A stretch of 64,000 nt of DNA. Source: Eledone cirrhosa. Lineage: Eukaryota. Made by a program: the position numbers and the translations under genes. Under the pieces are notes generated by a model that had not been told where the DNA came from, ran no database searches, and worked only from the letters and a program-made list of their open reading frames with translations. The DNA lies in the NCBI GenBank assembly GCA_964016885.1, contig OZ024742.1:188852001-188916000 (forward strand), given 5' to 3'. Shown here piece by piece: positions 1 through 14,010 of the stretch. Numbering within the stretch: the first letter of the stretch is position 1; each line of letters opens with the position of its first letter.

Positions 1-234
1 CTGCCTCTCCATTTCGGCAAAGACTACTTTAGTTGAATACATTTCATATTAAATGCCCAAACCCCATTTTGTTGGCTTAAATAATAATGATATTCGCAAT
101 GAAGTGTCTGGGGACAGACAATCAAACACAGAAATGAATGGTTACATATACACTATACAGATACATTAAGAGTATCGAAAACTATGTGTATTATGAATAT
201 ATGTGTGTGTGGGTTTGGATGTGTATGTATCTGT

Positions 235-272
235 ATATATATAAACAATATATATATATATATATATATACA

Positions 273-343
<71 letters not shown>
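235..343. repeat. (TA)n microsatellite, representative of dozens of (TA)n/(CA)n tracts in the window
   Basis: Direct inspection. Confidence 0.98.
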
Positions 344-346
<3 letters not shown>

Positions 347-621
347 AAGTAATAGAGTCCCCGGTGTTTAGACCGGGGAGACCACTAATAATGAGAGTAC
401 TCACTTCATGGAGAGATGTAGAGTAGGTATAGTGATATGTAAAATCCTGGCCACAGTGCCGAACGCTTTCGGGATTTTACGCCGAGACCACTTGGACTGC
501 TGTTGGTTAATGACCAGTAAGACCATCATTCAACTTAGTGAACTGTACTTATGAGAAGTGGATTTTAAATTACAGTTTCGATAGTAAAATGAAAAGCGAG
601 CTTATCTATATCACAACATTC

Positions 622-628
<7 letters not shown>
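343..628 (-). mobile_element. Short non-coding PLE-type tail fragment between (TA)n tracts
   Basis: Flanked by (TA)n on both sides; minus strand carries the ACTCT...GAGTACT tail motif shared with other PLE ends. Confidence 0.4.
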
Positions 629-700
<72 letters not shown>

Positions 701-835
701 GAGTTAAACAAGAGTCAATGAGTATATCAAAGAATCAGTTTTACAGTTGATTGGAAGCACTCTACGAAAATTAATTCCAGAGTTATTAATATTAAAATAC
801 AAATATTAATAAAATAGATGTTCTTTTGATTAATT

Positions 836-892
836 ACATTTTATTATACATATTTCGGAGGTACAACAGTACGTCCTCATCAGACAAAATAT
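836..892 (-). ncRNA. Type I hammerhead ribozyme (PLE pLTR)
   Basis: atattttgt-CTGATGA-ggacgtac(tgtt)gtacctcc-GAAA-tatgta-TA-ataaaatgt; stems I and II pair, stem III minimal. Confidence 0.85.
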
Positions 893-2212
893 AATGATAC
901 ATGACATACCCTGAGATGTTAAATGGTTAAGATTTAATCAAGCTAGTGATTAACCTAAGAGAAAATTCAACATTTATACCCTAATAATGAGAAAATGCGA
1001 AAACGTAATAAATTCAATAGAGAATGTGTGAGTAAGAAAAACGTTGGTTAATGTGACAGCTATAGAGATTTTAAAATGTAGGATACTAAAGTTATGTTTA
1101 TCTAGGAAAACATCTCATGAATTATAACGGTCAATGAGGGCCGCTGAGAGGGGATTTAGAGAAAGAGAAAGATAAAGGGGGGTAATATATGCAGAAAGAG
1201 ATTTTTTCCGAAAGCTAAACGGTTAACTTTCAAAATATTTTATTTATGTTATTTTAGGGTGAAGAATCAAGATTTTAGGTTTTTTTAAAAGTTGCTGGTT
1301 ATTTATATTTATTAGTTTTATAAATTCTATAAGTGTGTTAACATTTCTAAACTTCTGAATTTTATGAGGATAATATTTACAGGATGTACCTGGCCAGCGA
1401 AAGGAAAATTTACACTGTTTAATATTTTCCTAAATGTAAACTTTAACGAAGGTAATCTATAAAAATGTCAACATTTTCGGTATGTAAAGCTTATGAAGTA
1501 CTTATTGTTAGAAATATTTAAATAACGATTATGTATATAGATATATATTAATGAGCCAGTATATTTTAGGTAAATAATAAAGAATATAAAATAATAGATT
1601 GAAGCATGCTAAAGTTAAATATATACCTATATATAACAGGGTGTTTATTCATAGTTCAAAATAAATAATAATCTAGAAATTTAGAAGTTATCTAAAAATT
1701 ATGTATAGAGAGATACAGGGAGGTATATATAGATATATATTAAGTATTAGTGATACAGTATACTTTAGGTAAATGATAACGATTATAATCTTATATAAAT
1801 GATTTCGACGTGTTACAGTTAAATACATACATATATATAAGAAAAACAATAATAAATACATGGATAATTTAGAGTTCAAAATAAGGTCCATAATAATTTA
1901 TAGTTTGGATATTTGCTCTATATTTGAATTATGGATATAAAAATACGGTAGGTATATTTAAAAACTTACAAAAGATAATTACATACATATTATAAATAAA
2001 AATCAAAAATGTAAACATATGAAAGATTCACAGTTAAAAATAAGTTCCGTAAAAATTTATAGGTTGGATATTTAAACAAAAATGTAAAACTTAGATAGGA
2101 AAATAAAGATAGAGAAATAATGGTATGGATCAAAGTTAATAATATTACGTTATCTATATCAACGTGCCGGCGTGTTATTGAACAAGTGTCATTCATTCGA
2201 GCGTTATTTCTT

Positions 2213-3575
2213 CTATAGATAGTTATAAGATAATGCAATGTTAAAGGCCATTAATGTTTTTCCCTGTTGATTATATACGCCTGACAACCAAGCTTTTAAT
2301 GGTTTAGTGTGTTTCTCTCTCTCTTTTTCTATTGTGGGAGATAAGAATGTGGACGTAGCTTTATGAAGGCAACTAGAGAATAATTCACTTTTTTTGTTAA
2401 TTAGGGTCTCATAGTTATTAATAATCAACACGGTCTCCATTGTACAGAGCGCGCAATTATTTGATATACTAGAGTTGCGGTAAACTCCACAATTCCGAAG
2501 TTTTGTTCAAAGAATGGAGTATTTTAAATTCCTCTCTTTCAATGACCATATGAGCTGTGATAAAGAAGTGGATGATTTCCTCTTGGAGTTCAAAAATGAG
2601 CATTTATGGTTCGCAAATCTGGCTTTGAATATAGACGAAGTCGATCCTATGTAGTTGTATGTGTTGTGATCACTTTTTACGGTGCATTTATAAACCAAAT
2701 TACTATCTAGACACTTATTTTGCAAAGAGCAGTCAGTTTTATGTCTACAATTACATTTTGGTTTAGTATCATTTATGGTAACTCTATTATTAAGATCATT
2801 ATGCTGGTTTTGTTTTAGGATTTTAGTGTTTAATTTGGCAATGTTTTGGGCTATGTTCATAGTTGTAGAATACGAGAATTTAAAGGTGTGTCTATTAAAA
2901 ATGGAATGGTATTTATGTTGAGCAGGGAAAGAGGTGTCCAAAGCGTTAAAGAATAATTTTGCAATTGGCGTTCTAACTGCGACCGAAGCAGGGAAGGGGG
3001 CGAATCATATGACTGATTTAGTTCTAGTTCTTATCATCGATTTATTTGGCGTATGGGTGTTTGAATTATAATTATTAGATTTTCTCTTATATATGTTATT
3101 ATTTTTATCAAGATTAATACTTGGATTATTGTTATATACATATTCTATATTATTCACATATCCTGCTCTTTTTAACGCGTTGTTGTAGTATTCAGCGTTT
3201 TCATCGAATATAGCTTAATTGGCTGATATTTTATTAATTCGTTTTTGCACACTATTTACTATAGCTTTTTTTTTACAGATTTAGGGTGATTGGAATGGTT
3301 ACTAACATAGTTTAAGTTTTCATTTGGGCTTATGAAAAGAGTAATAGAAGCCAGTGTTTAAGTTAAACATAACGTCTAGGAAATTAACTATTTTGGTACC
3401 ATTTTCTACTTCTAACTTAAGGTCGTACATTTTAAAGAATTCTATTATGCTTTTCTTTACTATATTTAGTTCTATAGTGTTGTGTTTGACCACCGTAAAT
3501 AAAATGTCGTCCCTATATAAACCACCGGTAATCTCCGGCAGTTTTCTATTTATCATATTTAATATGAAAATTCCC
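2213..3575 (-). pseudogene. Disrupted PLE RT (GGLYRDD, VNFLDV) + GIY-YIG endonuclease (CNCR..C.L...CL...LVY...YIG, FK.RF.NH, LINKKSE)
   Basis: ORF pieces 3320-3649, 2507-2941, 2213-2440 separated by stops/frameshifts. Confidence 0.9.
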
Positions 3576-3800
3576 AGAGATGTTTTCCTAGATAAACATA
3601 ACTTGTATATCCTATATTTTAAAATCTCTATAGCTGTCACATTAACCAACGTTTTTCTTACTCACACATTTTCTATTGAATTTATTACGTTTTCGTATTT
3701 TCTCATTATAAGGGTATAAATGTTGAATTTTCTCTTAGGTTAATCACTACCTTGATTAAATAATTACCATTTAACATCTCAAGGTATGTCCTGTATCATT

Positions 3801-3857
3801 ATATTTTGTCCGATGAGGACGTACTGTTGTACCTCCGAAATATGTATAATAAAATGT
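3801..3857 (+). ncRNA. Hammerhead ribozyme copy in inverted arm (U4C: CCGATGA)
   Basis: Inverted copy of 836-892 with one core substitution. Confidence 0.75.
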
Positions 3858-3915
3858 AATTGATCAAAAGTACATCTATTTTATTAATATTTGTATTTTA
3901 ATATTTGTATTGTAA

Positions 3916-3967
<52 letters not shown>

Positions 3968-3972
3968 TATAC

Positions 3973-4085
<113 letters not shown>

Positions 4086-4097
4086 CATATATATACA

Positions 4098-4168
<71 letters not shown>

Positions 4169-4171
<3 letters not shown>

Positions 4172-4365
4172 AAAAAGGTTTAAACCCGACAGCAGAACTC
4201 AAGCCGTTTCGACGGCTATTTCTGTAGTGCAGAAATAGCCGTCGAGACGACTTGAGCTCTGCCGTCGGGGTTAAACATGTTCCTATTACCCACTCTACTA
4301 CCCTAAGTATTGAGTACTCTGGTGCGTTATGGTCCATCTGGTTCCTTACCACACTTCCTTCGTTA
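4169..4365 (+). mobile_element. Fold-back non-autonomous PLE-type element, family D
   Basis: ~115-bp near-perfect palindrome plus ~75-nt one-sided tail; reverse copy at 17612-17808, tail-only copy at 8828-8920; TA flanks. Confidence 0.7.
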
Positions 4366-4383
4366 TATATATAGACATATATA

Positions 4384-4446
<63 letters not shown>

Positions 4447-4450
<4 letters not shown>

Positions 4451-5409
4451 AATTAGTATATCTACCAACATATATATACAGATGCATACCTATGCTAGCA
4501 AATATATAGGTTTTGTCTTAGTAACTTTGTGGTTCAATGCAAGGGGATGCAGAACAATTATATGAAAGACGTAAAATAAGAGAATTATAAAAATTAACTT
4601 ACTAAAATTTCACTCCAACTAATTAGTTTCTGAAAGAGAATAAACATGGTTTCCAAATGGAAAGCATAGAGAAGCCGTTTCGTCATCAGGAAGTCTGTTA
4701 CCAGGCGATGCGTGGACACAGGGAACTTATACAAAAATAATTCAGTGGATGGAAAAAAGCAAGCGTGGACTAAATTCCAAGACATTGAAAAAATCACTGC
4801 CTACTTGGTCGGTGGCAAATTTAAAAGAATCAATCACGTGACATCGAGGTTAATCAGTGAGGAGTGAGGTGTTAAAAAGACAGTATCCGAGCCATTACTA
4901 TGAACTATAGTAGCAGTTTTGGCAAATCTTTGCTCAACAAAATAATTTGGAGATAATTATAAAGAATTAGTATAATATCTATACAGATGCATACCTATGC
5001 TAGCAAATATATAGGTTTTGTCTTAGTAACTTTGTGGTTCAATGCAAGGGGATGCAGAACAATTATATGAAAGACATAAAATAAGAAAATTATAAAAATT
5101 AACTTACTTACTAAAATTTCACTCCAACTAATTAGTTTCTGAAAGGGAATAAACATGGTTTCCAAATGGAGAGCATGGAGAAGCCGTTTCGTCATCAGGA
5201 AGTCTGTTCTCAGCTAAGTTACCACAGTTGCTTTTTTCCATCCACTGAATTATTTTTTTATAAGTTCCCTGTGTCCACGCATCGCCTGGTAACTTAGCTT
5301 CTCCATGCTTTCCATTTGGAAAAAATGTTTATTCCCTTTCAAAAACTAATTAGTTTGAGTGAAATTTTAGTAAGTTAATTTTTATAATTTTCTTATTTTA
5401 CGTCTTTCG

Positions 5410-5410
<1 letters not shown>
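4447..5410. mobile_element. Non-coding PLE-like element: tandem repeat plus inverted arm
   Basis: 4447-4700 repeated directly at 4961-5208; inverted copy at 5230-5410; CTGATGA...GAAA on minus strand; TA flanks. Confidence 0.65.
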
Positions 5411-5441
<31 letters not shown>

Positions 5442-5459
5442 CACAAACACACACACACA

Positions 5460-5504
<45 letters not shown>

Positions 5505-6637
5505 GTGTGTGTGTGTCTGTCTATGTGTGTGTGTGTGTGTGTGTGTCTGTTTGTCTATGTGTCTGTGTGTGTGAGTGTGTATAGCCTTTATATTGACTTG
5601 TTTACGTACCTCTTCTCATGTTATCATTTCAGTCTTTTGCGTTAAATTACATGGAACCAAGAAGCATTAACTTTGAAATCAATAACGCGAGAATTGGTTT
5701 CAAAAATGAATTCTAATCGAACATATATAATTACACATTTCCTCCCCTCACACTCATCTACTCACAAATTGATACATATACTCCCTTCTACATACACACT
5801 GACACCCACACTTATACTTATTTCATATAAGATAACACGTTACACCAATAATCGATCGTGAATACTTTATATTCGCACTGAATGGCTCTATTTATCAGAT
5901 ACAAAAAGAAATATAAATAATCCTTTGGTACACGCACACACACATACATGTACATACACACTCATACACACATACACACACACATAGTCATTTGTTCATT
6001 ATTATTCTTTTAACCATCATTCAGGATTATAGATGCACTGAAGTGAACCTACTTTTATTTCATCATAACCTTAGGTTCTTTACAATTATCGAAATAAATT
6101 TCACCAATCCACCCCTACCACTATTACATCTACGAAACTAATTACGTCTGCCCAATATTCATAATACCATCACCATTTTCACCATCGCTATCTAAAGTAT
6201 CGTCTGCTACCCATCAACTCGAACACTTTACGACGACATCTTAGGATTACACACCAACTATCATTATCATTATCATTCGCAGTACATACTCACTATCTGT
6301 TTGAATAATTGTTTTTCCCTAATGTATTTCTCCCATAATACCAAGAGATAAATTAGGTTCACTAAGTTAAGTTTCGTATTGTATTAACCAATGAAACTTT
6401 TAACAGCCTTTCTGTTATACATATTTAGAGAAACGTACACTTGTATATATTTAATATGGGAGTAGGTAATCCTCACTATATTATTTACTATAACATTTTA
6501 CAACTTGGGGAAAGCCTATCACCTGGACATCTGCAATAATAGCACTGGGGTTCTTGAATGCATATTAAATTATGAAGTACTTCATTAAAAACTAAGTATA
6601 AACAACCGTAAATGCGAGATTCACACGGTCTCAGAAA

Positions 6638-8822
6638 AGTATTATTATTATTTGTATCAATGGTACATTTATATACTAAATTCTTATCAAGTCAATTGTT
6701 TTATATCATAATAAAAATAAGAATGAAACTGACTGTAAAAATAACAACTTGGAGAATAAATCGGGGAAAAAAATTAGGACTAGATCTATAATTTGGTATG
6801 CCCCACCAGCATCTTTAGCTATTAAAACACCTTTAGGACATTCATTTTTTACAGCCTTGGATAAATGTTTCCCTAGATCACATAATTATCACTCTATCTT
6901 CAATAGACACACAGTTAAACTCTCTTATTCAACAACTATGAATATTGCTCAAAATAATGCAAAAATTAATAGTAAAATTCTTAATTTGAACCAGAATATA
7001 ATACAGTAGTTAATGTGAATAACAATAAAAATAGTTTAAATACGAAATAATAACAATGATAATAAGAATACTTTAGGTTGAAGAATAACACGGAATTGAA
7101 CTGTAACTGTAGAAGGAAATCTGAATGCCCTTTACAAAATAATTGCCTTGATAAGAATTTAGTATATAAATGTACCATTAAGACAAATAATAATAATACT
7201 TATAACTATATTGGTGCCACTTAATCGAACTTTAAGTTTCGCTTTTCCAATCATAAACATTATTTCTCAAATCCAGATAACAAAATGTCTACTTCATTAT
7301 CACAATTAATATGGTCTTTAAAAGAAGAAAATATTAAATACTCAATTTCTTGGAGTAAACTTAGAAATTCTGCGTCCTATCAGAACGTTTCCATTTCACC
7401 AAATTGCAATCTTTGCAATTTGGAAACTCTATTAATAATTACCAATTATGGTAATTTAATAAATAAGAAAAATGAATTATTTGCAACTTGTCTCCATAAA
7501 TCTGGAAAGACATTTCAAGCATCATACAAATTTAGAAAAAAATACTGACTAAGGGGGGAAAAATATTGACTATGATTATTAAGAATTCTTGAATTATTAT
7601 TATTATATATATAATGTTTTGCCTTACCTCAAAAATTGTATATCGATTTTTTTATATAGTAAATTAATCTCATGATGTGACTCACTATCCTAAGTTCGGT
7701 TTTTAGAATGGTCATTGTATAACTAGAATTTTCTGAATTCACGGTTCGATATATCTTCTGTCTTTCAAAGATAACATATGGATTACCTCCCTTTGTTTAC
7801 ATTCTTCGTATATAATTTTCTTTCTATCCAAATGGATTAATAATGTATATTTAACACGATATTAATACTTAATGTGAAACTACATATATTATGATATTAT
7901 GATATAGTTATGAAATTAAAATCGAAATAATAATACTTTCAATACTTATTAATCCTATAAGTAAATGACAACTGTTTATAATGTAAAACGAATAATTCAA
8001 ATAATTCTAAACATTATATAAAATGCATATACTGATGGTGATATGCGAATATGTTGTGGTAAATATCCTTATACATATTTAATATGTTTGTAAACTTGCT
8101 TGATAGCGAAAAATGTTTTTGATTTTTGAATTTTGTAACAAAATATTGAACTATGCTTCTGATTATTATAGAAAATATGTTTATAGTGTTTAATTTTGAT
8201 ATAATATATTAGTATAATTAGCTCAAGCAAAAGATATTAAAAATGTCACGGTATTTAAATGGTCGCTTCTATTTGACTTAATATTTGAATACAACGGACA
8301 CGCATCATGTCCCTTTCTTATTTCTTTCATTCTTTCCTTTTTGCAGTTACGTCTTCCCTTTTTTCTCTCTCTCTCCTTCTTCTATCTTCTCTCCTGTTTC
8401 TCTCTTCTTCTTTCTTGTCTTATATCTCTCTCTCTCTTCGTTTTCTTTCATAAGACAGTTATTTACGCAATTAATATTTAAATATTTATGTATGAATGTG
8501 TTTATTTATTTCTTCTTACATTCTATTATACTCATCCCCTCATTATAATTATATCTCGCTCCACATCCTCTTCTTCATCATATTTAAGTTGATCGTGTTA
8601 TTATTTGTGTATATAAATATTGAGATTTGTTGTAATAAATCACTGCCAATACTGGAATTGAACCATCAAGACAGTTGAGGTATGTCATACATCAATTCAT
8701 ATATTTTATCTGATGAGGACGTACTGAAAAAACAGCAAAGTACCTGCGAAATATATATATAATAAAACATATATTTTGATTATGTGAACGTCTTCATTTA
8801 TTAATATTTTGAATAATATTAT
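6638..8822 (+). mobile_element. Naiad-like PLE 3' fragment (RT thumb + GIY-YIG + long 3' region)
   Basis: IIWYAPP, FNRHTVKLSYSTT, CNCRRKSECPL, YIG, CNLCNLE, LINKKNE at 6749-7548; HHR near 3' end. Confidence 0.88.
8701..8770 (+). ncRNA. Type I hammerhead ribozyme
   Basis: atattttat-CTGATGA-ggacgtac...gtacctgc-GAAA-tatatata-TA-ataaaacat. Confidence 0.75.
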
Positions 8823-9025
8823 ATATATAGGAACAAGTATGACCCACTCTACTACCCTAAGTATTGAGTACTTTGGTGCGTTATGGTAAATCTGGTTCCT
8901 TACCACAATTCCTTCGTTATATATATATATATATTCATATACAAACAAACACATCCACTCATGCATATACCCATACACACACACACATATATATATATAC
9001 ATATACACACATACTCGCACATGCA

Positions 9026-9069
<44 letters not shown>

Positions 9070-9139
9070 TGAACACGCAAAAGCATACATACATGTACGC
9101 ACATACAAGCATGCACACACATTTTCATACAAGTACGTT

Positions 9140-9975
9140 TATTCAAGTAGAAAAGGCAAGTTGGGGCAATGTTCAGATAGTTTGTTCAGTGTCGGGCCCT
9201 TCGCAAATAGTATTTCATAGCTCTCCGAAATACAAAGAACACTTGTGTTCTGTCTGGAGTAATTTCCATTTAAGCGCGAAAGGGGTGGAGTTCCCCTTGA
9301 GGTCCCTTGAGGTCCCGAGTGTTGTTTGACTGCATTTGGCCGGTCTTCTGAACGAGTGGGTATGGACATACAATATCCTAAATTTGTTGGATGTCATCCG
9401 ATATATGTTTTTTGTTGTTGTCAATGCCTGAGACGACATTGCATTTATATACGATGTTATTCATCATGCATTTCTTTTCGAGTGGACACGCTTCCTTATT
9501 GTGGCAGATGCAAAAGGCTCCTGTTTAGGGTTTGTTTTCGGAGGTAGTAGGCTTATTTAATTTAGCAGTGTTGAGGTTGGCTATATTCCTAGCTACGTTA
9601 GGTGTAGTGGAGTAGGAGAGACTTATCGTATTCTTATTAAAAATAGTGTAGTCCTTTGATGTGTGGGCAAGTGTTTATTCAGCAATTTGAAGAATGTCCT
9701 AGCTATTGGGGTGGACACCTCTCGGTTGAAGTAGGCGGGGTGAACCTACTGATTTGCCCATGCCTATTTCTCCTAAGTGGTATTGGGATGTTTAACAGAT
9801 AGGTAATCTTTTCTTTAAAGTCACTGCGGGCAAGGTCATCGTTGTAATAAGGGACAGAGACACTAAAAATGTCTTCATTGGCTGAGAGACCGGAACATCG
9901 AAGTGAGACACTTTTAAATAAATTAACAGTAATATTTTTGGGGTGGTTCGAAGTAACATCTATCTATCTAAGCGA
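9140..9975 (-). pseudogene. Decayed Naiad-like PLE thumb/GIY-YIG fragment
   Basis: Minus-strand CICHNKEACPLEKKCM.NNIVYKC, HTHSFRRP, CSLCISESYEIL, TLNKLSE across frameshifts. Confidence 0.8.
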
Positions 9976-10801
9976 TTCTTTAGGTTTGTTGTACGGGTAA
10001 TAGAGGGAATTATATATTTGTATATACATATATATATATATATGTTTGAATATATATATATGTATGCAGACATGCATTTGTACAAACCTAGATACAATTT
10101 ATATGTGCATTTGTTAGTCATTAGATATTTGTTGTAGAGATACATTTATGCATACAAACATCCATCCGTGCAAACAAATATACAAATATATATACATATA
10201 ATATATGTATGTTTGCCTATGAATTTGTATATCTTTCTATTCATGGGTGTTTGTTTTCATGTGTGCATCTGAAATGTAATCGTTAAAAAGCTAAATGAAT
10301 TACTTTTTTTAAAAAACCAAACACCTTGTTTAATTTCCAATGCAATTCCCTTTGTGTAAGATAAGATGATTACAATGTCCAATTAATTTTCAATTTCATT
10401 AATTAGTTGTTTCTGTCCCAAAAAAAGATTTTGCGTCCTTCAAGGCGATTTGATTTAAGTTCGTTTTACTCGTTTCAAGAATGAGCTTTGAAACTGAATT
10501 TCTAACGAAGTGAACAAAGAATAAACAAGTAAATAATGCAAACGGATATACAAAATTAGATCCGGATTTTGCTAGAGTACATTTATTTTTATACAACTGT
10601 AAAATGTATGTTTTTACTTTCAAATGTTTCAATAAATTCTTAAGAGTCATATTAAGTAAGAGCATGGCTGTGTGACTAAGAGGTTTGCTTTGCAGTAACA
10701 ATCAGTCCGACTTAATGGAACCGCATGCAAATATGGAAGTATTTTTTGCTATTACCTCGGGTTGATCAATGCTTGTGAGCACAATTTTTAAATGGAAATT
10801 G

Positions 10802-10956
<155 letters not shown>

Positions 10957-11083
10957 CAAACGACAGAACGAATAAATAAGGAAAATAAAAAATAAGGATA
11001 AAGTGAAAACTGTTAATATTTGCAACATGACCATCCCCCAGCTATAACAATACACACACACACACACACACACACATACACAC

Positions 11084-11120
<37 letters not shown>

Positions 11121-11709
11121 AGCGCTTGGGTGGAGAAGTTCAGTTAATACCTCTCTAGTGGTTGTCCCAGTATGGACGCAGTCTTATTATTGAAACCAGT
11201 AAAGGGATAAACGGATACAGAAAACATATAGGATCCTGATTGTACTTGTCTATATATTTAATTGCAATTCAGAAAATTCAAATTGTTTTTATGTTAAATA
11301 GAGAGGCAGTATCCAATTTCTAATATATTGTAACCAGTTATTCGAAACGAATTTGCTCTATGGGTATTGCACCACATCAAATGCGTTATTATTCGTTCCA
11401 CCTTTAAAAACTAATTTAAAATCTTGCTACGGTCAACTATAACAACCTTCGTTTCGACGGTCTAGAGCGAAACTCCCATTCAAGTTGTAGTATGTGGAAG
11501 GGTCACTGCAAAACAACAGTAACTTCTTGGTATATTAATTCTAAAATATGGGTTTTATTCACAGTTGGAAAGCACATGCTATACACATTGAGCTCAAAAC
11601 CAGATGTCAACTCTATCCTGGTCACAAAAGTAGACAAGTTTGTAATCGCAAATTGAATAAACCATGCATAGCAAGTAAATAAAACCTACAGTCTGATAAA
11701 TGTGTGTCC

Positions 11710-11930
11710 GAACATGGAAGAGCCGAAAACCCACTGTCATCGCTTCCATCTCTTTCACCCTCCCCATCTCTTTGTATTATGAGCAAATGGGGTCCCACCT
11801 GCTGGCTGAACATTCTGTCAACCGGGGCTGGCTGTGGGGCGGCCAGCACATGGGACCCCATTTGCTCTTAGTACATCGAGATGGGGAGAGGGGGAGGGAT
11901 GGCGGCGATGAGTTTGGCTCTTCCGTGTTC
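11710..11930. repeat. GC-rich imperfect palindrome (~95-bp arms), possible MITE
   Basis: gaacatggaagagcc...tggggtcccacctgctggc mirrored by gccagcacatgggacccca...ggctcttccgtgttc. Confidence 0.7.
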
Positions 11931-13242
11931 TGAAAAATTGCACCAGCAATGTGGATCATGTAATATGTTTCTAGTAATCTGTAGCGTTCTACAAGTTGTG
12001 ACTGGGTGACAGTATCAGCAATGAAAAGATCAATGGAAAAATCATTTCCTTTTCCCGACCTAGCGATCTGCTCCTTTCTTTCGTAAAATTTTCATTGCGC
12101 TTCATCGAAGTATCTTCCATATTCTTCAATTGGGATGCTCTGTATTGGTGAAGACAACGTTAGGATTGATTAGTAGGAAAAACTGCTTATTTTCTCAAAT
12201 AAATGTAATCAACTTTTTATCTGACATACATGGTTCAACTCATCTTTGTTTTGTTTTTTTATTTTATTTTTTGTTACATTTTGAGATTTTTCTTCCTCAA
12301 TACATCGCATGTTTTATAATTGGTCCGATTGGTCTTTAATTAATCAAACTTTCTTCTCTACTACACACGTTTTATGGAATCACGAGGTCACGTATAGGTT
12401 TTTGCATATGGAATTTTTTTTTTTTGCTTTTTTGATTTTGTTAGTGTGTTTTCTTTATATATATATATGGAAATCAAGCTGATTAAGCAGATCTTTTCTA
12501 TAATTCGTCCTTCAAACATGTTAAACAGGTCATCAGTTACCAATCATTTTGCAATTTCACGAGTGGACAAGCAAAACGTAATGCCAATAACCTCACATGC
12601 ATTATTTTCCATATAAAGGTCACCTATTGCCATTGGTCAGGTTAGCTGTTGGACATCCTTTTAATTTAAGATGTTCGACATTTCTGTAAGACAATTTCTA
12701 TGTATCACATAAGAAGGATCAATATGAGAGGTTAGGTAGACAGAGATATTATAGAAGTCCATTGCATGGATCCTGTAATTCAATGGTGGAACCATATGAG
12801 ATATTGTATCATGCTGATTGGGCTTCGAAATTACATTGAGTGTACACGTGTGCACAAGTCCGCAAACAATAAATAAGAAGGATGTTCAGTTAATGCAACA
12901 ATATAATGCCCATCATCGGAATCCATCATCTTAAGCAGTTTATACAACTGTACAATAGTTTCACTAAGATTGATAACCTATTATATACTATGGTATTTTT
13001 CTATATCACCTCATTCTCATCGTCTTCCTCAAAATACTAAATGTCGTTACAAAAAGCATTCTGTGTCAGAAGGTAATAAAAGAATAAAGATCATGAAAAA
13101 AATTACAACTCCTCGAGTTATTTATTCTGCCTGGATATGTGGGTTTTTTGTCCTTGCGATTACTTAAATATTACACTATGTCTTTGATTTCTTATATTTT
13201 CTGAATTTGCATGACATCTAACATATATATATATATATATAT

Positions 13243-13956
13243 AGTAATAATAAATTTGAAGACTAAAATCCAAAGAGGGCTCGATAAGGATAAATATATA
13301 TCAAATATATAAGAACCGTAGAGCAAATATTTGTGAGCGCTTGTTATATACGTATTTATTTATTTATATACGTTTATTTAATTATTATTATACACGCACA
13401 CACACACATTTATATGTGCGTGTATTTGTATACCTATGTATTATTGTGTATGTACCTATATGGATGCGTGTATGTATTTATTTAATTTCAATTACCTCTG
13501 TATTTTATTTACTTTATTCTTAACTCTGAAGCCGAGAATCATTCAGTTTCCTAGTTAGAATTTTAGTCTACGACTTCTGCTATACCATTTACGTGGTTTT
13601 GTCTTTGCGTGCAATTGTTCTCCACGGTCCACATATTATCTTCGTTTTTTCGTTCATTGCCAGAGAACGTCTCTATGAACCACCTAATAGAATATTAGTC
13701 TACGACTTCTTTTATACCATAAACGTGGTTCTGTCTTTGCGCGTAATTGTTTTTCATCGCTCCTATAAATGACGTATTATATTCGTTTTTACCCATTCTT
13801 TGCCAGGGAACGTTTCCACGAACCAAAGTATCGTCTTGCTGTGTTCCTCCGGTTGTAACGTTTTTTTAAATATTCACTTCTGCGTTCACAGTTTCAGAAG
13901 ATCCCGTTAAGGGTGAAAGCAGCGATTCTTTGCTTAAACTTTAATCTGTTATTTTA

Positions 13957-13960
<4 letters not shown>
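13243..13960 (+). mobile_element. Non-coding PLE derivative, family C (inverted tail + pLTR with internal ~130-bp tandem duplication)
   Basis: 13243-13330 is the reverse complement of 20013-20103; 13808-13960 matches 19846-20012. Confidence 0.85.
13890..13948 (+). ncRNA. Hammerhead variant with U4A core (CAGAAGA)
   Basis: agttt-CAGAAGA-tccc(gttaa)gggt-GAAA-gca...tgc-TT-aaact. Confidence 0.6.

Positions 13961-14005
<45 letters not shown>

Positions 14006-14010
<5 letters not shown>

Larger units (their letters stand above)
694..3915 (-). mobile_element. Naiad-like Penelope-like element, 5'-truncated, with inverted terminal repeat
   Basis: Minus-strand RT/GIY-YIG remnants; 790-1116 is repeated inverted at 3577-3905; (TA)n on both flanks. 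Confidence 0.9.

Noticed and set aside
138-426. [12 protein letters not shown] ORFs here and throughout the ORF track
   Set aside because: Translations of (TA)n/(CA)n microsatellites, which lack stop codons; no coding evidence.
2507-3010. In-frame TGA in a Naiad-like ORF as possible selenocysteine (reported for some Naiads)
   Set aside because: The TGAs fall at conserved Trp positions (I-W, W-F-A-P), so TGG->TGA decay is the simpler reading. The Cys motif codons checked are TGT/TGC.
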